Virus record (IMG/VR): IMGVR_UViG_3300028591_008384
Strand: one strand, 5' to 3'
Length of the DNA: 64,000 nt
DNA from: a virus
Taxonomy: Duplodnaviria; Heunggongvirae; Uroviricota; Caudoviricetes
Of the stretch, positions 18,660 through 27,477 are shown piece by piece (position 1 is the stretch's first letter; each line of letters starts with the position of its first letter). The translations under genes were made by a program, and so were the position numbers. The notes under the pieces were generated by a model. The model worked only from the letters and a program-made list of their open reading frames with translations, did not search any database and was not told the DNA's origin.

Positions 18660-19067
18660 ATGCAGCCGTATAAGGAATACATCAAGAATGTCAACCGGGG
18701 AGTAATAGAAATCACCAGTGCCGAGCGCATCCAGGAATGGATCGACGAGAGGATGAAGGACAATGATTATGGCAAGGTCCTCTTCTCCGTACTGGTCCTC
18801 GACCCGGCATACGAGAACCAGGTGGTAGAGCTCATCAAGCGCAACTATCCGAAGTACACCCGTTGCGACACCAAGCTCGGATGCTGGTGTCTCAATGACG
18901 ACTGGTACGAGTTCTACGCAGACGCCATCACCGAATACTGCGGTGTCTACCCAATCAAGTGGAACATCGCCGACGTGGTGTTCCTCGAAGAACTGTACCT
19001 CAGGCGCAAGATATACATCGATGCCGCCTGGGTGACCAAGGACGGCCATCTCCGTCCAATCCACTAA
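18660..19067 (+). CDS. hypothetical protein
   Basis: ORF track 135 aa. Confidence 0.4.
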   Translation: MQPYKEYIKNVNRGVIEITSAERIQEWIDERMKDNDYGKVLFSVLVLDPAYENQVVELIKRNYPKYTRCDTKLGCWCLNDDWYEFYADAITEYCGVYPIKWNIADVVFLEELYLRRKIYIDAAWVTKDGHLRPIH

Positions 19068-19076
19068 GGAGCAACC

Positions 19077-19475
19077 ATGAGCAAGATTACAACAGAACAG
19101 ATTACCGCTGCCGCAAAGGCGGCATGCAACAGCTTCCCGTTCTTCAAGCACGGGTTCTCCGCAACACCCCCGCACGACATCACCGAGGACCTAGACGCGG
19201 CCATCAAGGTCAACGAACTGCTTCCGGACATATTCGACAATGTTTCCTGCGATACCGCCAACAATATCGTAGGAACCTTCAAGTTACAAGGCATTTTCAA
19301 GAATAGCAAGGGGAACAATATCCCGGTGCAAGTGCATGTTGACCGTTATGATGTCTCATTCAGCGCATGGCCCAGTAACATGATAGAAATGATGCAGGCC
19401 TACCTGAACAAGGAGCCACGTTCCCCGGTAGTACCGGTCGCGACCTATGCCGATGTCGTCCAGCGAGACGGTTAA
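19077..19475 (+). CDS. hypothetical protein
   Basis: ORF track 132 aa; SD aaggagc. Confidence 0.4.
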   Translation: MSKITTEQITAAAKAACNSFPFFKHGFSATPPHDITEDLDAAIKVNELLPDIFDNVSCDTANNIVGTFKLQGIFKNSKGNNIPVQVHVDRYDVSFSAWPSNMIEMMQAYLNKEPRSPVVPVATYADVVQRDG

Positions 19476-19487
19476 CCTACTATCCGG

Positions 19488-19520
19488 CAAAAAACAAGGG
19501 CTCCGAAAGGAGCCCTTTTC
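19488..19520. terminator. bidirectional intrinsic terminator between convergent operons
   Basis: Hairpin GGGCTCC-gaaa-GGAGCCC flanked by an A-run 5' and a T-run 3', so it reads as a hairpin plus U-tract on both strands. Confidence 0.6.
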
Positions 19521-19524
19521 CGTA

Positions 19525-19941
19525 CTACCCGATGGCTAGGATGCGCCAGTTAATCTTGGAGTTTTCCAGGAGGTATATGTATCCGCGCCATCCTATCCGC
19601 TGCACAATCTCGTCCCGGTTCCAGCACCGGATCCACGCGAGGTTGCCTTCCTTGTCCTGGGTCACCAGGACCACCCGGACCTTGTTGTCGAAGTCGCATG
19701 ACGGGTTGGTGTCGGTGAACAGCAGGGTGAACAGGTGTCGCCCGGGTACCCCCGCGCGAAGCCTGTATCCGGGCATGTAAACCACGTTTACGCATGACCC
19801 CGGAAATGTAAACGGAAGTTTACTCAGGATAACATGCGGACCGGGTACATATTCGACCAGGTTGTCCTTTTCCACGCGGACGGTGATACCCTTGTATGGA
19901 TTCACCGGGAACCCAAGCAGTCGCTTTACTTTTTCGAACAT
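19525..19941 (-). CDS. hypothetical protein
   Basis: ORF track 138 aa. Confidence 0.4.
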   Translation of the reverse strand: MFEKVKRLLGFPVNPYKGITVRVEKDNLVEYVPGPHVILSKLPFTFPGSCVNVVYMPGYRLRAGVPGRHLFTLLFTDTNPSCDFDNKVRVVLVTQDKEGNLAWIRCWNRDEIVQRIGWRGYIYLLENSKINWRILAIG

Positions 19942-20309
19942 CCCGGATTCCCCGTGTTATCGCTGTCTAGCCGGATAACCTCGTCACCGTCAGTGATGTT
20001 CAGCTTGCCACCCAGTGCGGTAGTCCCGTCCCATTGCGCAACGCCACCCAGGGGTCCCTGGACCGACTGGCACCCGTAAGCAGTTACCGTGGGGAACGGG
20101 AACGGACTCTGCGGATTGACATAGGGCTTCAACGGGTCGCTGGGTTGCACCGGCTGGTTCGGCTGCACGGGAATCCTCTTCAGGAGTTCCTTCCATGTGT
20201 CCGGGTAGGGCACCTTATCGTCCTCGGGGTCAATAAGGCCCTTCTCGACCATCTGTTTCAGCTCCTCGACCGTCAGTTCGAGGTCAAATCCATTCCATTT
20301 CAGCTTCAT
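19926..20309 (-). CDS. hypothetical protein with Pro-rich linker
   Basis: ORF track 127 aa; SD aggagg. Confidence 0.4.
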   Translation of the reverse strand: MKLKWNGFDLELTVEELKQMVEKGLIDPEDDKVPYPDTWKELLKRIPVQPNQPVQPSDPLKPYVNPQSPFPFPTVTAYGCQSVQGPLGGVAQWDGTTALGGKLNITDGDEVIRLDSDNTGNPGCSKK

Positions 20310-20336
20310 AATCGCCTCCTACAGGAAACTATTCCA

Positions 20337-21092
20337 TTAGGTGTAAGTCCCGTAAAGTTTCTGGACTTCCTCGTTCTCAAAAATGCATGTACCGATATAG
20401 TCGGTGATGTAGTCATAACCCTTGATGATGTTCTCGCGGTCGGTTTTCAGCTTTTCCAGTACAGCATCACGCTTGCCGCGCAGATACTCGGCGCATTTCG
20501 CCTTGGAATCTTCACTCGACAGGTTGCTGATGAGGTGATAGATGCGATTGTGCCGGTCGAACTCGACCAGGTTATTGTTGATGTCCTTGACGAGATCGCC
20601 CGAATTGGACATTTCGAAATCGCCATAAATGATGCTCGGGAGGACTTTTGCCGTCATGCCATCCTTTCCCATCATCACGACAGCATCGAGCTTGATCAAA
20701 TCCAGGTAATACAGGTCCGAAAAGGACAGGTCGATTATCTTTCCATCCTTGTTCACCAGGTCCTTAACGTCGAACCGCGTGCGGTATGTCATGGACATTC
20801 CGTACATAATGATGGGATGGGCATTCTTAATCGGCTTATCATCGAACGCGACCTCTGTACCGGGTTCGATGAACACCCACTTGCCAATGAACGAATCCGC
20901 GATTTCTTGCAGCCGGTCGCGGAACGGTTGGCACTGCTTGGCCAGCCTGATTGAGACGCTTTCATCGCTAATCTTGTGCTGGATTTTATCGTGCTTTTCA
21001 CGGGCCTGTTCATACAGGTCCTTGCGGTCGGATTCCTTCTTGCCCAGGAATTCCAGGTACAATTTTTCGTCAGGTGGATTGATTCTGTTCAT
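20337..21092 (-). CDS. hypothetical protein
   Basis: ORF track 20337..21128 trimmed to Met13, which overlaps the upstream stop region. Confidence 0.4.
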   Translation of the reverse strand: MNRINPPDEKLYLEFLGKKESDRKDLYEQAREKHDKIQHKISDESVSIRLAKQCQPFRDRLQEIADSFIGKWVFIEPGTEVAFDDKPIKNAHPIIMYGMSMTYRTRFDVKDLVNKDGKIIDLSFSDLYYLDLIKLDAVVMMGKDGMTAKVLPSIIYGDFEMSNSGDLVKDINNNLVEFDRHNRIYHLISNLSSEDSKAKCAEYLRGKRDAVLEKLKTDRENIIKGYDYITDYIGTCIFENEEVQKLYGTYT

Positions 21093-21745
21093 TTGATACC
21101 TAGCAAATCGTAAACTTTCTTTACACACTCGATGTTATTGTTCATCAGGCGATTATCTACACGCTCGATGTACTGGTCGCGATTTTCCTTCAACATGTCC
21201 CTGAAGTCGCATACGTTCATCTTGCGCCATCTCATCTCATCGCCGGTCTGGCTTACCAACTCGTTGATGAAATTCTCGAAATTGCACACGTCGCCAGCAT
21301 CGAAAGAGGCGGACACGAATACATCCGGTACAATATCGAAGTTGGGCGCAAAGCGGAACATCATGATATGCACCTTGTCACACTTGAACCACTGTTCCGG
21401 CGTGAGGACGGTTGTACCGTGACAGTCAATCACGTCATACCGCTCGCCATCCGGCGTACCGGCCTTTATCCCGGTAACCCTGAACACGGTCGGGTTATTC
21501 CCAAGGCCGCTCTCGGTTGCGCACCACCTTCCAAACAGTTCCTTGCCGGCCTTCTTGGTGACAGCGACAACACGGCTGTAATCACCGTATTCCCGTTGGC
21601 AACGCCAGTATTTCTGTTCCTCTAAATAGGATTCGTGCTCATCGGTTTCGAGCTTCTTCTCGTAGTCAATCAGATCCTGCGGATCCATCTTGACGAACTT
21701 GTTGAACAGCTCTGCCTTATGCTTGATTTCATCATCAATGCTCAT
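21089..21745 (-). CDS. hypothetical protein
   Basis: ORF track 218 aa. Confidence 0.4.
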   Translation of the reverse strand: MSIDDEIKHKAELFNKFVKMDPQDLIDYEKKLETDEHESYLEEQKYWRCQREYGDYSRVVAVTKKAGKELFGRWCATESGLGNNPTVFRVTGIKAGTPDGERYDVIDCHGTTVLTPEQWFKCDKVHIMMFRFAPNFDIVPDVFVSASFDAGDVCNFENFINELVSQTGDEMRWRKMNVCDFRDMLKENRDQYIERVDNRLMNNNIECVKKVYDLLGIK

Positions 21746-22481
21746 AGTTCTGGCTTCGTCCTTTGAATGTAAGTTCCTTCCATCTAGTTGTCAGCAGGTC
21801 GGGATAGCACTTTTCCATGCCTTCGTACATCCCTATGCTGAAAGCGTCGTTCATCTCAACCAGGGCAGTATCCCCGCTATCGAGAACACCGACATCCAGG
21901 CAGTATGCCCATGGCGCCATGGTGAACTTGTCCACCATTTCTTCCACCTCCGCCTTGTCCACGGCGATGCTCTTGTCGCCATCGTACCAGAAGTATCCCT
22001 GGATTTTGCCATGGATTACAGGGACACGGTATTCCGATACCCACTGTACAGGCTCGGAACAGTACAGTTCCAGGCTCCCACCGATATGGCTGAGTGGCGC
22101 GAGATCGTCGCGGGTGCTCACCACGCGACCAGTAAACCGTTTCAACTTGTTCGCAGGCTTGATAAATACCGGGGCAATCTCGCCTTCCGTTTCGATTTGC
22201 TGCCGGATACGCTTCAAGCTGCTTTTCCATACGTTGCGGAGACGATACCATGCCAGTTCAAACGGATAGTCTATCGCCTCATACTCCACGCCGAGCTGTT
22301 TCAGGGCAGGGAGTGTGACCTGCAGACTGCCGGCAACAAAATCACCTGGCTGCAATTTGATGCGCCGTTGCAGAATTTCCTTCGCGTGGAAGGGGACATA
22401 GTTACCCTCGCCGAAATCCTCGGCCAGGCAAGCCTCCTCCGGGGCGAATGTCGAGTTGTCTTTCAGTTGCAAGTAGTTCAT
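21735..22481 (-). CDS. ATP-grasp fold enzyme (putative)
   Basis: ORF track 248 aa; FIKPANKLKRFTG (ATP-binding Lys region) and C-terminal LVEMNDAFS (E-x-N metal-binding motif) are typical of ATP-grasp enzymes. Confidence 0.45.
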   Translation of the reverse strand: MNYLQLKDNSTFAPEEACLAEDFGEGNYVPFHAKEILQRRIKLQPGDFVAGSLQVTLPALKQLGVEYEAIDYPFELAWYRLRNVWKSSLKRIRQQIETEGEIAPVFIKPANKLKRFTGRVVSTRDDLAPLSHIGGSLELYCSEPVQWVSEYRVPVIHGKIQGYFWYDGDKSIAVDKAEVEEMVDKFTMAPWAYCLDVGVLDSGDTALVEMNDAFSIGMYEGMEKCYPDLLTTRWKELTFKGRSQNYEH

Positions 22482-22705
22482 TCAGCTTCCTGTTCATTTG
22501 ATATTGAAGGCCACCCGTCCTGGACCTTCTCGTAACCTTCTTTCAGCGCCGGCTGGTTGGCTTCCAGCTTTTCCAGTATTTGCCGGTTAATCTTGCCGAA
22601 CACGTCCGGCTTTATCTTCTTTTTATGGAAGCTGAATATGTCACGCAGTTCATTCCATTCGGACGGAGTGAACGTGATGGTGACATCCTGGAAATCGTAC
22701 GGCAT
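22478..22705 (-). CDS. hypothetical protein
   Basis: ORF track 22478..22879 trimmed to Met59, downstream of the neighbouring gene stop. Confidence 0.3.
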   Translation of the reverse strand: MPYDFQDVTITFTPSEWNELRDIFSFHKKKIKPDVFGKINRQILEKLEANQPALKEGYEKVQDGWPSISNEQEAE

Positions 22706-22740
22706 CGCGATGCGCTCGGTGCCCTTCTTGTCACGAATAA

Positions 22741-22989
22741 TCACATGGCCCCCTTGACGACCAGGACGATGAGAAGCAGAATCAGGATGGCCGCAAATGT
22801 CAGGTAGACATTGCGGACATATTTCTTGTACTTCACACTGTCTTCCTCGGCCCTGCGGCGTTCCTCGGCAGTGATGCACCCGCGCACATACTCCGGATGC
22901 TTGATTGCGTCCTCCGGCGGGATGTAATAAGGTGTCTCGATTTGCCAGTAGTTGCCGTCCTTGTCGTAGTATTCTCGTCCGATGGTCAT
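22741..22989 (-). CDS. hypothetical tail-anchored membrane protein (C-terminal TM)
   Basis: ORF track 22741..23034 trimmed to the Met after promoter box TTTGCTATATTTGG; C-terminus AAILILLLIVLVV is hydrophobic. Confidence 0.35.
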   Translation of the reverse strand: MTIGREYYDKDGNYWQIETPYYIPPEDAIKHPEYVRGCITAEERRRAEEDSVKYKKYVRNVYLTFAAILILLLIVLVVKGAM

Positions 22990-22992
22990 ATT

Positions 22993-23046
22993 TTCCTCAA
23001 ATAGTGTATTCCAAATATAGCAAATACCAGTCACTTTTGCTACATT
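22993..23046. promoter_or_regulatory. divergent promoter pair (both orientations of the TTTGCTAyATTTG box)
   Basis: ccaaatatagcaaa (minus orientation) and ttttgctacatttc (plus orientation) lie 10 nt apart between divergent genes. Confidence 0.5.
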
Positions 23047-23068
23047 TCATTGAAAAGGATTATTAAAT

Positions 23069-23572
23069 ATGGAAGAAGTCATTCAAGTTTCAGCAGTTCC
23101 GGTCAACGGCATCTGGTGCGCATTCAAGTTGGCCCCCATGTCCCCGTTCTTTCCCATGTTCAACATCTCGGAGGCGAGGCACGGGCAGAACCCGGTGACC
23201 ATCCTGTCCACCGAGAAGGGGAAATTCGGCAAGAAAGGCACGATTTCCCGGAGAATTGACCCGAACAAACTGGAATCTTCCGGCTTAATCGAGGTCGAAA
23301 TTCCATATACCTACCGCATAAAGCTCAAACTCGCAGACGATACTGTCGAGACGGTCTATACCAATGACGACGAGGCCGGCTACCTGCTCAGGCTCATGTC
23401 CTCCGTCGAGAATATCGAAAAATTCCACTCGATGGCCATGAAGGGACAGTGGGACAAGGCCCTCGAAGAACTCATGATTGACGACAAGGTGGATAAATCC
23501 TATATATCTACAGCAGACAAGGCCAGCCTCGATCAGCTGGCCAAGTCGGTAGGCATCACGCTCGGTCCCTAG
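23069..23572 (+). CDS. hypothetical protein
   Basis: ORF track 167 aa. Confidence 0.4.
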   Translation: MEEVIQVSAVPVNGIWCAFKLAPMSPFFPMFNISEARHGQNPVTILSTEKGKFGKKGTISRRIDPNKLESSGLIEVEIPYTYRIKLKLADDTVETVYTNDDEAGYLLRLMSSVENIEKFHSMAMKGQWDKALEELMIDDKVDKSYISTADKASLDQLAKSVGITLGP

Positions 23573-23925
23573 TCCACCATGATGTACTTGTTCTCGCGCA
23601 ACTCCTTCTCAATCATGGCGTCGCGCTCAAAGAGTCTCTTGCGGCATTCTTCCAGATTCTCGATGAGTTCGCGGGCGGCATCCTCGGACACCAGGTACAC
23701 CGTGTCGAATTCGTTCGGCTTGTAGTTCTCCGGGATATACACCTTGCCATTCGTTTCCTTGAAGTCGGAACAGTGCATGATACCGAATACGACCTTATCC
23801 CAATACTTGAAGATCTTGAACGCGGAACGCCTCGTTTCGACATAATAGACCCACTGGTCAGTAACATAGTTCCATTTCTTGCCGATGCGCCACTTGCGGC
23901 GGGTATATTCACGCTTCTTTGCCAT
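23569..23925 (-). CDS. hypothetical protein
   Basis: ORF track 118 aa; SD aaaggataat. Confidence 0.4.
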   Translation of the reverse strand: MAKKREYTRRKWRIGKKWNYVTDQWVYYVETRRSAFKIFKYWDKVVFGIMHCSDFKETNGKVYIPENYKPNEFDTVYLVSEDAARELIENLEECRKRLFERDAMIEKELRENKYIMVD

Positions 23926-23927
23926 AA

Positions 23928-24104
23928 TTATCCTTTTCGGTTAAGTGCATTGCCCCATGGTTTCTTCGGTTCAGCATGTTCAGGAGGCGGTTCATTCTTG
24001 GCACATTCTTCACAGAGTGTCTTGCTCTGCCCCAATAGGCCACCCGCCTGTACTATAAAGCGGCCTACCAGGGGCTTACCACAGCGCCCACATGTCCCTT
24101 TCAT
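23928..24104 (-). CDS. hypothetical small zinc-ribbon protein (about 58 aa), hand-called
   Basis: Translation MKGTCGRCGKPL...CEECAKNEPP; its ATG overlaps the upstream stop (ATGA). Confidence 0.25.
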   Translation of the reverse strand: MKGTCGRCGKPLVGRFIVQAGGLLGQSKTLCEECAKNEPPPEHAEPKKPWGNALNRKG

Positions 24105-24712
24105 AGGAACCCCAGCATGGTCATCACGGTTTCCTTGAAGGTGCCGGACTTGTCCACCATGGCGAATTCCGGTTCCAGATCCTCCCAGGTGACAAAGTGC
24201 AACGGGGCGAACGCGATGTCGTAATGTTCACCATTCTTTTCAATAAAGCGCTTTTCAATAAGGCGCATCGGGCTTGGAACCGCCTTGATGATGGCTTCGT
24301 ATGTATCGAAATCCCTCTCGATTTCCTTGTGGAAGGTATCGAAGGCCTTACCGTGGAAATGTGCGACCGCGTTCCCCGCATTGTCAAACGACACCTTGTC
24401 GAATACAGCGAACAGGGAGTCGTTGATGCGCACGATTCGTCCCTTGAAGAACTCGGTAAGAAGTTCACCGAGTTCCTTCTTCACCGCAGGCTCGCTAGTT
24501 TCGAGGGCATCCTCTTCTTCTTGGTACCGGCGTACACGGGATAGCATGCAGTCCCTCCATAAATCCATAGCAGCCGAATAATCGACCGCCTGTGCATTTA
24601 CAAGGTGCTGCATGGCCGTTGCCCACAGGTTCTTCGCCTTACGCACAACGAGCTTCCTGGCAAGAATGTCAGCAAGCTCGCGAATTCTTTCTGAATATAC
24701 AATCTTTTCCAT
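24101..24712 (-). CDS. hypothetical protein
   Basis: ORF track 24101..24769 trimmed to the Met 4 nt after promoter box AAATGCTACATTTGTGGC-ATG. Confidence 0.4.
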   Translation of the reverse strand: MEKIVYSERIRELADILARKLVVRKAKNLWATAMQHLVNAQAVDYSAAMDLWRDCMLSRVRRYQEEEDALETSEPAVKKELGELLTEFFKGRIVRINDSLFAVFDKVSFDNAGNAVAHFHGKAFDTFHKEIERDFDTYEAIIKAVPSPMRLIEKRFIEKNGEHYDIAFAPLHFVTWEDLEPEFAMVDKSGTFKETVMTMLGFL

Positions 24713-24757
24713 GCCACAAATGTAGCATTTGGGGAACCGGGTGTCAACCGGTGACCT
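24713..24757 (-). promoter_or_regulatory. phage promoter motif
   Basis: Reverse complement GGTTCCCCAAATGCTACATTTGTGGC then ATG. Confidence 0.45.
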
Positions 24758-25034
24758 CAATGAAACCAAGGTGTCCCGGATTTCGACGCCAACCGCACCT
24801 TTCGTTTCCGGACTTTATCTCCCCGGCATAGATTGTCCACTTCTGGTCCCGCTTGCCCGAATAGCACACCAGGAGTTCAAAGTATTTCTTCCCGATATTC
24901 ACATCGAGAATTTCGATCTTGGTACACCCGCGGTTCGTGGATGTAAGTTTCCCGTACCTGGTATGGAAGAGGCCGTTGGCATCCTCGTCCGTATATACGG
25001 CATTCGCGTAGTAATATCCTATCCGTGTCTTCAT
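24744..25034 (-). CDS. hypothetical protein
   Basis: ORF track 96 aa. Confidence 0.35.
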   Translation of the reverse strand: MKTRIGYYYANAVYTDEDANGLFHTRYGKLTSTNRGCTKIEILDVNIGKKYFELLVCYSGKRDQKWTIYAGEIKSGNERCGWRRNPGHLGFIEVTG

Positions 25035-25363
25035 TAGTCCACCTCGATGTATTTGGTCTTGAATTTCTTTCCCTTCTTACGGGCTTCCTTTTCGGCTTCA
25101 TCGTGCTCGGCAAGAATCCGCCAGTATTCGCGGTAATACTCAATCATCCGTTTCGCGCCTTCAACCGTCTTGAAACCAACCCGATTATCCACACACTCCC
25201 ATACCAGCTCGAATTCACCAGTCATATTATGCCGCTTCTCGATGTATTCGCAGTATTCCTGGTAAGTGAAGCTGCTATAAAAGAACCACCCCTTCTGCTG
25301 CGGGATGTACAGCGTCTTGTTGTACTTCGGGCTGAAAATTTCCTTAATTCTCCAATTGCTCAT
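25034..25363 (-). CDS. hypothetical protein
   Basis: ORF track 109 aa. Confidence 0.35.
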   Translation of the reverse strand: MSNWRIKEIFSPKYNKTLYIPQQKGWFFYSSFTYQEYCEYIEKRHNMTGEFELVWECVDNRVGFKTVEGAKRMIEYYREYWRILAEHDEAEKEARKKGKKFKTKYIEVD

Positions 25364-25659
25364 CAGTTTACCACCTGTCCATTGGGTTCATCTTCGTACA
25401 CATAATCCTCGGAGTTCAGGATCCACACCTTATAAATCCAGTCCTTCAACTGGTCCAGGTCCATCGTGACCCCACTCTGCACCGCGCCGTTGTACGCCAG
25501 GATGACGCTGTACCTAGGGCAGTCGTCCACCGGCGGGAAAATGGCGCACAGGTCCTGGTTGTACTGCATCTGCAGCACCTTCATGTCGCCGGTTTCCTTC
25601 TCATCATAGGGCAAACCTATCGAATCCAGGTATTCCTTGACTTCCTTACACTCTAGCAT
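25363..25659 (-). CDS. hypothetical protein
   Basis: ORF track 98 aa. Confidence 0.35.
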   Translation of the reverse strand: MLECKEVKEYLDSIGLPYDEKETGDMKVLQMQYNQDLCAIFPPVDDCPRYSVILAYNGAVQSGVTMDLDQLKDWIYKVWILNSEDYVYEDEPNGQVVN

Positions 25660-25660
25660 G

Positions 25661-25828
25661 TTAAATATCCTTTACGTTTACAAGTTCCATCTTGAATTCA
25701 AGTGGCTTAAAGTCCTGTGGATGGTCCTGGAACGACAACCAGTTGAGCAACTGGGCCAAGTGGACCATTGACTTCCCCACTTGCCTCGACGAGCGTTCGA
25801 GCATCTTCCCGTAATCATTGTAATTCAT
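25661..25828 (-). CDS. hypothetical small protein (about 55 aa), hand-called
   Basis: ATG at 25826-25828; its stop abuts the start of the downstream gene. Confidence 0.2.
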   Translation of the reverse strand: MNYNDYGKMLERSSRQVGKSMVHLAQLLNWLSFQDHPQDFKPLEFKMELVNVKDI

Positions 25829-25844
25829 GCAAACCTCAGCTTAT

Positions 25845-26135
25845 TCACGTATTCTTGGAACATAGACTAACTACGCTTAGAACGAATTCGGCGACCTTCT
25901 GCAAGTCCATCGTCTTGGCGACAGTACACCCCTCGCCTTCGCTTGAATTCTGAATCCACACATCATACCGGGGGTCAATGTCCGTCTCTACAATGATTGA
26001 GACATCGTCGTTGACCTGCAGATAAAACCGGTTGGTCCCAACATTTACATGTCCACCATTACTGTCGATAACTTCCCTAACGGAGGTCGCTTCCATGATG
26101 GCTTTGGCCAACTCGCTAATTCTGGTATCTTCCAT
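25845..26135 (-). CDS. hypothetical protein
   Basis: ORF track 96 aa. Confidence 0.35.
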   Translation of the reverse strand: MEDTRISELAKAIMEATSVREVIDSNGGHVNVGTNRFYLQVNDDVSIIVETDIDPRYDVWIQNSSEGEGCTVAKTMDLQKVAEFVLSVVSLCSKNT

Positions 26136-26137
26136 GC

Positions 26138-26608
26138 CTAATCCTTATACAACTGGTACTTCCTGCTCAACGTGTGGCTCACATCGTCCGGGAGGGGCTT
26201 GAACCAGATGCCCACGCGGCACCGGCCCACACCATTCTCGTCGGTAAATTCCGGTGTCAAGTCGGTCTTGCAAACATCGTCAATGAAACCGTAGTCGGTC
26301 CCTTCAACCAGCCCAAGACCATTGGCCACTTCCACCACCTTCATGAGGTGGTTCAGGTTCTTCGCCTCGCAGATGGTCTTGGTGAAGATATCGTTGATAT
26401 ACCCGTCCCAGATTTCCTTCGGTATTTCCACGGATACCTTCTTGGCCGGTATCGAATTATCGGCATTAGGTGTATCAATCTCGTTATCCCGGACCTCTCC
26501 GTTAGTGAGCAGGTTCATCCAATAGCATTCGGCACAGTGACCGACCATGGCCGCGAGTTTGCCTGGGTGAAGGTGCAAGTCCTTCCTGATGATAAAAAGT
26601 CGTCTCAT
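26138..26608 (-). CDS. peptidyl-tRNA hydrolase, PTH2 (archaeal/eukaryotic-type) family, putative
   Basis: ORF track 26138..26686 trimmed to Met27; MRRLFIIRKDLHLHPGKLAAMVGHCAE parallels the PTH2 core ([25 protein letters not shown]); C-terminus ends in LY as in PTH2. Confidence 0.55.
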   Translation of the reverse strand: MRRLFIIRKDLHLHPGKLAAMVGHCAECYWMNLLTNGEVRDNEIDTPNADNSIPAKKVSVEIPKEIWDGYINDIFTKTICEAKNLNHLMKVVEVANGLGLVEGTDYGFIDDVCKTDLTPEFTDENGVGRCRVGIWFKPLPDDVSHTLSRKYQLYKD

Positions 26609-26901
26609 AATGCAGTTCCCTTGTCCAGTTTCTCCATCTGCGCCTTCAACCAGTCCACTTCGGCAACCGAGGCGCCAGGAGGGCACAGGTTGTCGATGAC
26701 GGCAGCCATGTCAGCCCAGGTACGGTTAGGTTCCAGGTACGGTTTCGGATATCCGGTAATCGTGTCTACCCGCAGAAGTTCTTCCAGCCGTTCCTTGACA
26801 ACATCGTCGAGATTGGAATCCCAGATGATTTTCAGGGCCTCCTCGGCATGCTCGTAGTAGTCATCCCAGTTGATGGGACAGATGGACATCTCCCCTACCA
26901 T
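26605..26901 (-). CDS. hypothetical protein
   Basis: ORF track 98 aa. Confidence 0.35.
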   Translation of the reverse strand: MVGEMSICPINWDDYYEHAEEALKIIWDSNLDDVVKERLEELLRVDTITGYPKPYLEPNRTWADMAAVIDNLCPPGASVAEVDWLKAQMEKLDKGTAL

Positions 26902-27473
26902 ATAAAACCAATCTTGTTAAAGAAGTTTGTCCGTACCTTGTTGGTCGTCAGGTCGAGCTGGTTTTCGGTGAGAATCCGGTCAACGTGGGTAATGCGGAGA
27001 TCATTCCCTGCCTTCGTATAGAGGGACAGTTGCTTCTTGCCACTAGGGACATCGTGCCTGTCGCGTTCGACCACCCGGAGCATCTTGCCCTTTACCGAGA
27101 CGAACCCGTTGCCGATGCCGGTGACCTTCTCCACCTTGGTAATGGTGAAATTTTCCTTGATTATCGGACCTTCACCAATCATCATGGACTCGCGGTCATA
27201 TTCCAGGACCCACTTGTCACGGTAGAAGTCATCGAGCTCCTTGATGCGGGCAGCCTCGTCGTCCCTCGACACGGAACGATAGTGCTCCTCGGCTTCGCGC
27301 AGTGCCTCGCGGGCACGGTCGAGGGCCTTGCGGGCCTCCACCTTCTCAGGGTTCACCTTGGCGAGACGGTTCGACTTAACGGGAACCACCTCCCCATTGG
27401 GGGAGGTGATGGTAAAGGTGTCCTTGCTGAACAGTTCGTTCAACGGACCGAGCTTGCTCATCTTCATGTTCAT
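26895..27473 (-). CDS. hypothetical protein
   Basis: ORF track 26895..27536 trimmed to Met22, after the upstream gene stop. Confidence 0.4.
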   Translation of the reverse strand: MNMKMSKLGPLNELFSKDTFTITSPNGEVVPVKSNRLAKVNPEKVEARKALDRAREALREAEEHYRSVSRDDEAARIKELDDFYRDKWVLEYDRESMMIGEGPIIKENFTITKVEKVTGIGNGFVSVKGKMLRVVERDRHDVPSGKKQLSLYTKAGNDLRITHVDRILTENQLDLTTNKVRTNFFNKIGFIW

Positions 27474-27477
27474 GGTG